Of a stretch of 64,000 nt of DNA, positions 1 through 6,950 are shown piece after piece; the first letter of the stretch is position 1; each line of letters opens with the position of its first letter. The DNA lies in contig JABLXL010000030.1 of assembly GCA_013178005.1 (NCBI GenBank), forward strand, positions 126-64,125, in the 5' to 3' direction. The notes below the pieces were generated by a model. It was not told where the DNA came from, ran no database searches, and was given only the letters and a program-made list of their open reading frames with translations. The position numbers were made by a program, and so were the translations under genes. This stretch comes from Actinomycetota bacterium (GTDB taxonomy: Bacteria; Actinomycetota; Geothermincolia; Geothermincolales; RBG-13-55-18).

Positions 1-2
1 AT

Positions 3-1952
3 TACCGCGACCAGTATTACATGGGCACCAGCGAGGCCGCCGGACTGGGGCTCGCCATTCCCCCATCGGCGGACTCGAGCACGAAAGGAGCCGGGCTGGA
101 GGCCGGGGGGGCGCGCGGCGCCTACAGCCTCGATTCCGCTTTCAGCCAGTCCCTGGGCTATTATCCGCGAGGCACAGCCTTCTTCAGCCTCATCAACGCC
201 ATGGCCCGCCTGCGCCTCGACCGCGCCTCCGGATACCTGGTATACGACCCCGCCCAGGCCCCCGGACGCGTACCGGTCTTCTCCTGCGCCGACTGGGGTG
301 GCAAGCGGATCCCGGTGCTCATATTCGATGGCTCGGGCAACCTGCAGCAGGCGACCCAGCCCTCGTTGCTTCCCGCCAACCGCAAGCGAGCGCAATACAA
401 GCCGGTATCTGGGCTTCAGGCCAGGCCGTTCTCGTGCTCACCGGAGGATGGAAGTCCCGGGCAGACGGTGCAGATATCCTATAACCTGCAAGCGGGCTCC
501 CTCGCCGGAGCTTACGTCCACGACCGCGCCGGCAAGCTGGTGCGGGAACTGGCGACGACACCCTCTCCGCTCACCTGGGATGGAAATGATAGTGGAGGCG
601 CGCCCGTGCCCAACGGGATTTACACCGTTTACCTTGAGACGAGTTCCCCGGACCCCTCGGTCCACATCCCCGCGGCCACGACGCAGGTGGGGGTGAACAG
701 CAACATCCCCAAGCCCTCGACCACCTGGTACCTGGCCGAGGGATACACCGGGAGCAACACGGAATCTGGGGAGTTCGACACCTGGATCCTGATCCAGAAC
801 CCCGGCGACCAGGCCAACAAGGCGCGTGTGACCTTCATGCTGCCGGGAGGCGAGAACGTGGCGCGCGAGTATTCCCTCCTCCCCCGCTCCCGCTTCACCA
901 TCCACGTTGACGACATCCTCCCGGCGACGGAGATGTCCACCCTGGTGGAGGCGGACCAACCGGTGGTGGTGGAACGCGCCATGTATTTCGGGGGCGGCCT
1001 GGCGGGGCACGACACCATAGGCGTTAACTCGCCCTCCCAGAGTTGGTACCTCGCGGAGGGATACACCGGGGGGGACTTCGACGAATGGGTGCTGGTGCAG
1101 AACCCCAACGATGCCGAGGCGAGGCTCTCGGTGCAGTTCCAGACCCAGGACCAGGGGGTGGTGGATCGCGCCTACGCCCTCGCGCCCCGCTCCCGATTCA
1201 CCATCCACGTCGACGACATCCTACCCGACGCCCAGGTGAGCACCTACCTCGAGTGCGACCTTCCGGTGGTGGTGGAGCGCGCGCAATACCTCAACAATAT
1301 GAACAGCGGCCACTGCTCCATAGGGGCGCGCTCGCCATCGACCACCTGGTACCTGGCCGAGGGATACACCGGAGGGGGCTTCGAGGAGTGGCTCCTGGTC
1401 CAGAACCCCCACGACGGGGCGGCGCGGGTGGAGATAACCTATATGGAGCTGGACGGCACCAATACCCGCATGGGCTTCGATGTTCCGGGTCGGAGCCGCT
1501 ACACCGTGCCGGTGCACGACATCCTTCCCGACGCCCAGGTCTCGGCCATGGTTACCTCATCGCGTCCCGTAATCTCCGAACGGGCCATGTACTGGAACGG
1601 TCGCAGCGACGGCCACGCCACCCTGGGGACTCCCACTCCCGAGTACTCCTGGTTCTTCGCCGAGGGATATACCGCGGGAGGCTACGAGGAGTGGCTGCTT
1701 ATCCAGAACCCCTGGGACTCCAAGGCAGCGGTCACGGTGGAGTTCATGCTCCCCGGGGGCTCGAGCCAGAGCATCAGCCTGGAGGTGACGCCGAGGTCGC
1801 GCTTCTCCCTCAACGTGGGCGGGATCATTGGAGAAACCGAGGTCAGCCTCAGGGTGACGTCCAGCCTGCCGGTGGTGAGCGAGCGCGCCATGTACTGGCG
1901 GGACCGTTACGGCGGGCATTGTTCCATCGGGGCCATGGGAGGACCGAAATAA
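3..1952 (+). CDS. Secreted/surface repeat protein, 5'-partial at the window edge. N-terminal part is paralogous to the C-terminus of the glycosidase-like gene at 6943-7380. It is followed by a FlgD-like Ig domain and 5 tandem repeats of about 108 aa (WYLAEGYTG...LVQNP...RFTIHVDDILP...VVERAMY).
   Basis: Frame 3 is open from nt 3, with no stop before the first Met at 21. Residues ~35-125 (SQSLGYYPRG...RLRLDRASGYLVYDPAQAPGRVPVFSCADWG) are about 75% identical to the C-terminus of the minus-strand ORF 6943..7380. TWDGNDSGGAPVPNGIYTVYLE looks like a FlgD Ig-like fold. Five internal repeats are visible by eye. GC3 is high. Confidence 0.7.
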   Translation, partial: YRDQYYMGTSEAAGLGLAIPPSADSSTKGAGLEAGGARGAYSLDSAFSQSLGYYPRGTAFFSLINAMARLRLDRASGYLVYDPAQAPGRVPVFSCADWGGKRIPVLIFDGSGNLQQATQPSLLPANRKRAQYKPVSGLQARPFSCSPEDGSPGQTVQISYNLQAGSLAGAYVHDRAGKLVRELATTPSPLTWDGNDSGGAPVPNGIYTVYLETSSPDPSVHIPAATTQVGVNSNIPKPSTTWYLAEGYTGSNTESGEFDTWILIQNPGDQANKARVTFMLPGGENVAREYSLLPRSRFTIHVDDILPATEMSTLVEADQPVVVERAMYFGGGLAGHDTIGVNSPSQSWYLAEGYTGGDFDEWVLVQNPNDAEARLSVQFQTQDQGVVDRAYALAPRSRFTIHVDDILPDAQVSTYLECDLPVVVERAQYLNNMNSGHCSIGARSPSTTWYLAEGYTGGGFEEWLLVQNPHDGAARVEITYMELDGTNTRMGFDVPGRSRYTVPVHDILPDAQVSAMVTSSRPVISERAMYWNGRSDGHATLGTPTPEYSWFFAEGYTAGGYEEWLLIQNPWDSKAAVTVEFMLPGGSSQSISLEVTPRSRFSLNVGGIIGETEVSLRVTSSLPVVSERAMYWRDRYGGHCSIGAMGGPK

Positions 1953-2062
1953 GTTATGAACCCGGGTCGTGTCTTGACTTTTTTGTTCCGAGCCCACTAT
2001 GGGTGTTCGCCTTGCGCCGCGGCGGAATGAAAAAGTAAAGATACGACCCCACGTGCGGATGT
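1953..2062 (+). repeat. Solo copy of the ~117-bp hairpin-containing repeat unit that is arrayed 3x at 6590-6950. It starts immediately after the stop codon of the preceding CDS.
   Basis: gtcgtgtcttgacttttttgttccgag.cc.actatgggt.t..gccttgcgccgcggcggaatgaaaaagtaaaga.a.gacc aligns with each array unit. It contains the same ~18-bp inverted repeat (gtcgtgtcttgactttttt / aaaaagtaaagaca.gac). Confidence 0.8.
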
Positions 2063-2118
2063 GGAGATGAGCTATACTAATAGCATCGAAAAATCTTGCC
2101 CCGAGGCGGTCTTGGCGG

Positions 2119-4746
2119 ATGCTCAAGCAATTGTCGGTCACCATAGCAAAGCAACTCGACTCGCTCGTCGAGGAGATGTTGGCTGCGTTCGAACTCACCA
2201 TCCCCACCTACGCGGGCCTCTCTGAGGACGTAAAGGATGAGATACGCGAGCTGGTGAAGAAGCTGATCGTGGCCACCACCAGCTATCTTTCGGGCAAGGG
2301 GCTGGAGCGCGAGGAGCTTTACGCGTTCGCCCGCATGGTGGGGAGAAACCGCTCCCTGCAGGTGATTCCCTTCGCCGACCTGGTGCGCGCCGTCTTCCTC
2401 GTGGAGGAGATCATATGGGACCGGGTGATCCCGCAGGCGGGCGCGGTGGAGACGGAGGCGGTGCGCGGGCTCTTGGAGATGCAGGGAGAACTGAACGCCG
2501 AGCTCATCGCCGCCCTCTCCGCTTCATATTCTGAGACCAGGGACGAGATGATAAACCGCCAGCTGCGGGAGCTACACGGGCTTCTGGAGGTGGGAAGGAC
2601 CATCACCTCCACCATGGACCTGGAACGCGTGTTCCTCCAGATACTCGAGGTGGCGGCGGGGATCATGCAGACCCCTATGGGGGCGGTCTACCTGCTCGAA
2701 GAGGGGGATGACGAGCTGCGCCTCGAAACCCAGCTGGGGCTTGCTTCCCCCTGGGTCAAGGGACGCCGCATCGAACTCGCGCGCTCGTTGCTCGCCCAGG
2801 CAATAAAGGAGAGGGCACCGGTCACGGCGTCCGACGCGCGGCTGCGCGGGCTTAACCTGCCTTCCCCAGCGGGCGGGGGCAGGGTGCGTTCGGTGCTCTC
2901 CTGCCCCATCCTCAAAGACGATAAGCCCATCGGAGGCATCGAGCTCTACGACGTTTCGGCACGCAATTACAACCGCCTCGACATGGCATTGCTGGCGGCC
3001 TTCGCTCCCCAGGCGGGCGTGGCCATAGAAAACGCCAGGCTCTTCGAGCTGGAGCGCAAGAGGCGCAGGCAGACGGTGGAGCTAAAGGAGCTCGCCGAGG
3101 CCATCGCCGGCGCCATGTCCTTCAGGCAGGCGCTGGGCATCATGGTGCGCAGCCTGGTGATGATAACCGGCGCCGACCGCTGCCTGCTCTTCTTCTACGA
3201 CGCGGACGAAGAAAAACTCGAGTTCTCGCGCGGCTACGGGCTCACGTCCGGCATGACCAAGCGCCTCCACAACCGGAGCTGGAAGCTGGAGGACCTGGAC
3301 GAGGCGGTGAGGGTGGCCATAAAGAAGCAGGAGATATTCACCACCGAGGACGCCGTTTCCGATCCCCGCATCAACGATGAATACGCCAAGTTCCTGAAGG
3401 TAAGGGCGTGCATCATCGCCCCCCTCATCTATGGGGGCGTGGTGAGCGGGGTCCTGGTCATCGGGAGCGCCGCGAAGGCGAGTCTCTTCGAGGAAGTGGA
3501 CCGGGAGATGATTTCCGTGGTCCTGGACCAGGTGACCATCGCCATCGAACAGGTAAGGCTGCGCGAGCGCATACGCGAGCGGGAAAGGCGCCTCCAGGAG
3601 CTGGAGGCAAGCGAACGCGTCTTCTTCGAACGGGAACGCAGCGAGGCCATCATCTCCGCCAACCCCGAGGCCATTTTCCTGGTGGATCGAGAGCGCAACA
3701 TAGCCCTTTTCAACCCGGCGGCGGCGGAGCTGTTCGGCTGGCGCGAGGAGGAGGCGGTGGGCCGGCACGTACACGAGATCCTCTACGGGGAGACCGGGGT
3801 GGAGCTGAGCGAGTGCACGCGCGACGACTGTCCCGTGGACGCCTCCTTCCGGGGAGAGAAGCCGGGGCCGATAGAGATGGAATACCTCCGGAGGGACGGA
3901 AAAGCGATCTGGATAAGCGGCTCTTTTTCCGTGATCCGCAACCAGAAGCGGCAGATCGTCAACGTGGTCTGCGTCTTCCGAGACATAACGGAACAGAAGA
4001 GGCTGCAGTACCTCGCCCTGGTGGATAAGGAACTGGACATCGCCTCGGATATCCAGGGAGCGCTCCTTCCCGGCGAGCCCCTTGAGAGCAAGAGGGCGAA
4101 GGTGCTCGCGCACCAGGAGCAGGCGCGCATCGTGGGCGGGGACTGGTATGATTACTGGGAGGAAGACGACCGTCTGGTCATGGTGATCGGCGACGCGGTC
4201 GGGAGCGGAATACCCGCCGCCTTGCTCGCCACCCTCGCCCTGAGCTCCATTCGCGCCGAGGCCAAGTACGGCAGCGATCCCGTGGACATCGTCCTCAAGG
4301 CCAACCGCGCCATATTTCCGCATCGCCTCGAGGATCGCTTCATAACCATCCTCTACTGCGAACTGGACCAGAAGACCCTGCTGCTGCGCTACGTCAACGC
4401 GGGCCACAACGACCCCTTCCTGATACGCGGGGGCTCCGATCTCGTGGTCCTCGGCTCCCGCAAGCGCATCATACTCGGCGCCTTCGAGGATCCGGACCTG
4501 CAGGTGGAGGAAATACAGCTCGAACCGGGCGACCGCCTCTTCTTTTACACCGACGGCGTGGTGGAATGCCGTGATTCCCGCCGCCGCATGTTCGGCGAGA
4601 ACCGCCTCAGGCGCTACCTCAAGGCCTCGGGCTCCCGGGCCGCGGGAGTCCTCATCCAGGATCTGGTGGATGGCCTCAAGGGTTTCTGCGGAGGAAGGAT
4701 GGAAGACGACTTTACCATCCTGCTCTGCGATATAAAGAAGCGCTGA
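2119..4746 (+). CDS. Sensor PP2C-type serine phosphatase (RsbU/SpoIIE family) with N-terminal GAF-GAF-PAS sensor domains
   Basis: The C-terminal ~240 aa carry PP2C/SpoIIE motifs (GGDWYDYWEE...VIGDAVGSGIPAALLA...VNAGHNDPFL...FFYTDGVVE). Two GAF-like blocks and a PAS block (FLVDRERNIALFNPAAAELFGW) precede it. 875 aa, no internal stops. Confidence 0.8.
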   Translation: MLKQLSVTIAKQLDSLVEEMLAAFELTIPTYAGLSEDVKDEIRELVKKLIVATTSYLSGKGLEREELYAFARMVGRNRSLQVIPFADLVRAVFLVEEIIWDRVIPQAGAVETEAVRGLLEMQGELNAELIAALSASYSETRDEMINRQLRELHGLLEVGRTITSTMDLERVFLQILEVAAGIMQTPMGAVYLLEEGDDELRLETQLGLASPWVKGRRIELARSLLAQAIKERAPVTASDARLRGLNLPSPAGGGRVRSVLSCPILKDDKPIGGIELYDVSARNYNRLDMALLAAFAPQAGVAIENARLFELERKRRRQTVELKELAEAIAGAMSFRQALGIMVRSLVMITGADRCLLFFYDADEEKLEFSRGYGLTSGMTKRLHNRSWKLEDLDEAVRVAIKKQEIFTTEDAVSDPRINDEYAKFLKVRACIIAPLIYGGVVSGVLVIGSAAKASLFEEVDREMISVVLDQVTIAIEQVRLRERIRERERRLQELEASERVFFERERSEAIISANPEAIFLVDRERNIALFNPAAAELFGWREEEAVGRHVHEILYGETGVELSECTRDDCPVDASFRGEKPGPIEMEYLRRDGKAIWISGSFSVIRNQKRQIVNVVCVFRDITEQKRLQYLALVDKELDIASDIQGALLPGEPLESKRAKVLAHQEQARIVGGDWYDYWEEDDRLVMVIGDAVGSGIPAALLATLALSSIRAEAKYGSDPVDIVLKANRAIFPHRLEDRFITILYCELDQKTLLLRYVNAGHNDPFLIRGGSDLVVLGSRKRIILGAFEDPDLQVEEIQLEPGDRLFFYTDGVVECRDSRRRMFGENRLRRYLKASGSRAAGVLIQDLVDGLKGFCGGRMEDDFTILLCDIKKR

Positions 4747-5155
4747 GGGCGGGCTGCCCGCCGGTTCGAGCGGCCTCTCGGCGCCGTCGCGCAGCGGGGA
4801 CCCCTCGGGGCGGGAACCCTTGAGCAGGGCAACCGCGTCTCGAGCGTCGCGACTGGATGTGTAAGGCCAGCCATGAAGGAATTGAGTATAATGGTTTAGC
4901 GGGCCACCTCGGCTCTATCCGTGCCCCATATGCGTTCAAGGCAGCTGGCGGGTTGCCGAGGATCATAACTCGAGCGTGGATCCTCGCGCATGGACTCCCG
5001 ACCCACCCCTCGTCGCCCACGCGCCCGGGAGAAGGCCTGGGACACCGGAATGGAAGGGAATTCCCGCGCCCCATGTCCACACGCCCGGAATGAGGCCCTA
5101 TAATAGTGGCAACGATGCCGGCGAACGTCGATGACGTCGGAGGGCTGGGTAGAAT

Positions 5156-6586
5156 ATGAAGGCTGGAGATATCACACCACGGGAAGCCCGCGAGTTCATC
5201 GAGCGATGGCCCGTATACCGCGAGGACCGCGATAATCCCTTGTGGAGCGATCCGGGCGCGCTGAGGGCCCTCCAGGAGAACAACCTCAGGAGGCAACTGG
5301 AGCTCGTGGCCGAGTTCAGCCCCTTCTACCGAAAAGTCTTCAGGCGGGAACGGGTGGAGGTGGAAAAGATCAGGACCCTTGAGGACCTGGAACGCATCCC
5401 CGTGACCATGAAGGAAACCTACCTCGAGAACCCCCTTTCCTTCCTGCTGGTGATCGACCCCCCGGAACCACTGGACATCACCTACGAGATAACCTACACC
5501 TCGGGCACCACCACCGGCGCCCCGGCACCTTTCTTCAACTCGACCTACGATATGTACAACATCGCGCTGCAGATGCGGCGCATGGCGGAGATATGCCGCA
5601 TGACCCCTGAGGACGCCGTCCTGAACCTCTTCCCATACGGCAACCTGCCCCATGTCGGCTTTCACCGCACCGTGCACTTCGCTTCGGCGGTGGGGATGAG
5701 GCTGGTGAACGCCATGGTAGGGAGGGACGCTCCCGGCTTCCCCCTGCACCGCTCGATGGATGAGGCTCTGGAGCTGGCGGAAAGGCACCGGGCAAGCGTG
5801 CTCGCCGGGGTGGGGCGCTATGAGCGCAGGTTCCTGGTGCGCGGCCACCAGACGGGTGCCGATCTCTCCGCGGTGCGGTTGATCATGGCCTTTGGGGACG
5901 CGGTTCCGGAGGGCGTGCGCGACGAGATGCGCGGCCTTCTCCCCACGGAGCGCCAGGAAGAGGTCTTCGTCAACAACGGCTACATGCTCACCGAATGCCA
6001 GGGTCCCTTCGTGGAGTGTCGTGAGTTCGGCGGAAACCACAACAGCGCTCCCAACCTCTACCACATCGAGATCCTGGACCCCGAGACCCTGCGCCCCCTG
6101 CCCGAAGGGGAACTGGGGATGCTGGCGGTCACTCACCTCGACCGCAGGGGCACGGTGCTCTTACGCTACCTGGTGGGCGACATGGCGGCCGTGGAGTCCG
6201 GCACATGCCCGCACTGCGGACGTTGCGGCCAGCGCCTGGTGGTGAGAATGGGTTCGACCTACGCCGTGAGAGCCGAGAAAGTGATACGGGTGGGTGGCAA
6301 ACTGGTGAACCCTGAGGCGGTGAAGAGCCAGCTCGCCGGGGTCAAGGGTGTGGTGGAATATCAGCTCGTGGTGGAGAAGGAAGACCCCGGCAATCCCTAT
6401 AGCCCCGATCGCCTCATCATCCGCATGTCGGTGGCCGGGAGGATGCGCCAGGACCTGGAGGAGGAGGTCGTCGCCAAAGTAAGGGAGGCCACAAACATAA
6501 CCCCCCTCATCCATTTCGTGCAGTCGCCCGAGATCTACGATCCCACCATGGTGCTCAAGGCCACGCGCTTCCTGGACAAACGTTAA
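5156..6586 (+). CDS. Adenylate-forming enzyme of the phenylacetate-CoA ligase (PaaK) / coenzyme F390 synthetase family
   Basis: AMP-binding P-loop-like motif TYTSGTTTGAPAPFF. Length (476 aa) and overall layout match PaaK/F390-synthetase-like ligases. SD GGAGGG upstream. Confidence 0.65.
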   Translation: MKAGDITPREAREFIERWPVYREDRDNPLWSDPGALRALQENNLRRQLELVAEFSPFYRKVFRRERVEVEKIRTLEDLERIPVTMKETYLENPLSFLLVIDPPEPLDITYEITYTSGTTTGAPAPFFNSTYDMYNIALQMRRMAEICRMTPEDAVLNLFPYGNLPHVGFHRTVHFASAVGMRLVNAMVGRDAPGFPLHRSMDEALELAERHRASVLAGVGRYERRFLVRGHQTGADLSAVRLIMAFGDAVPEGVRDEMRGLLPTERQEEVFVNNGYMLTECQGPFVECREFGGNHNSAPNLYHIEILDPETLRPLPEGELGMLAVTHLDRRGTVLLRYLVGDMAAVESGTCPHCGRCGQRLVVRMGSTYAVRAEKVIRVGGKLVNPEAVKSQLAGVKGVVEYQLVVEKEDPGNPYSPDRLIIRMSVAGRMRQDLEEEVVAKVREATNITPLIHFVQSPEIYDPTMVLKATRFLDKR

Positions 6587-6589
6587 GCT

Positions 6590-6950
6590 TGACCGGGTCG
6601 TGTCTTGACTTTTTTGTTCCGAGTCCACTATGGGTTTATGCCTTGCGCCGCGGCGGAATGAAAAAGTAAAGACATGACCCTGCGTTCGGGTATGCGACCG
6701 GGTATGAACCCGGGTCGTGTCTTGACTTTTTTGTTCCGAGTCCACTATGGGTTTATGCCTTGCGCCGCGGCGGAATGAAAAAGTCAAGACATGACCCTGC
6801 GTTCGGGTATGCGACCGGGTATGAACCCGGGTCGTGTCTTGACTTTTTTGTTCCGAGTCCACTATGGGTTTATGCCTTGCGCCGCGGCGGAATGAAAAAG
6901 TAAAGACATGACCCTGCGTTCGGGTATGCGACCGGGTCGAAACTACGGCG
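6590..6950 (+). repeat. Tandem array of three ~117-bp units (period 117/116). Each unit contains an ~18-bp inverted repeat enclosing a ~45-nt loop, plus a second small hairpin (ccgggtatgaacccgg).
   Basis: Unit starts are at 6598, 6715 and 6831 (gtcgtgtcttgactttttt...). Identity between units is >95%. The array begins 4 nt after the stop of the PaaK-like CDS. The minus-strand 'ORF' 6161..6862 translating it into the repetitive peptide DSEQKSQDTTRVH is an artefact of the repeat. Confidence 0.9.

Noticed and set aside
438-1208. Long minus-strand ORFs (438..1208, 629..1108) antisense to the first CDS
   Set aside because: Arg/Gly/Pro-rich composition with no motifs. They lie entirely inside a well-supported repeat-protein CDS. 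They are typical spurious open frames of 65% GC DNA.
3082-4407. 441-aa minus-strand ORF and a 206-aa plus-strand Arg/Gly-rich ORF inside the GAF-PAS-PP2C gene
   Set aside because: They overlap a CDS with clear domain motifs. Their composition is low-complexity and they have no start context.
6161-6862. 233-aa minus-strand ORF spanning the 117-bp tandem array
   Set aside because: The translation is just the repeat read in frame (DSEQKSQDTTRVHTRSHTRTQGHV repeated). It is an artefact of the tandem DNA repeat.
6590-6950. Possible CRISPR array
   Set aside because: The entire ~117-bp unit is repeated, with no unique spacers between short repeats. There are no cas genes in the window.
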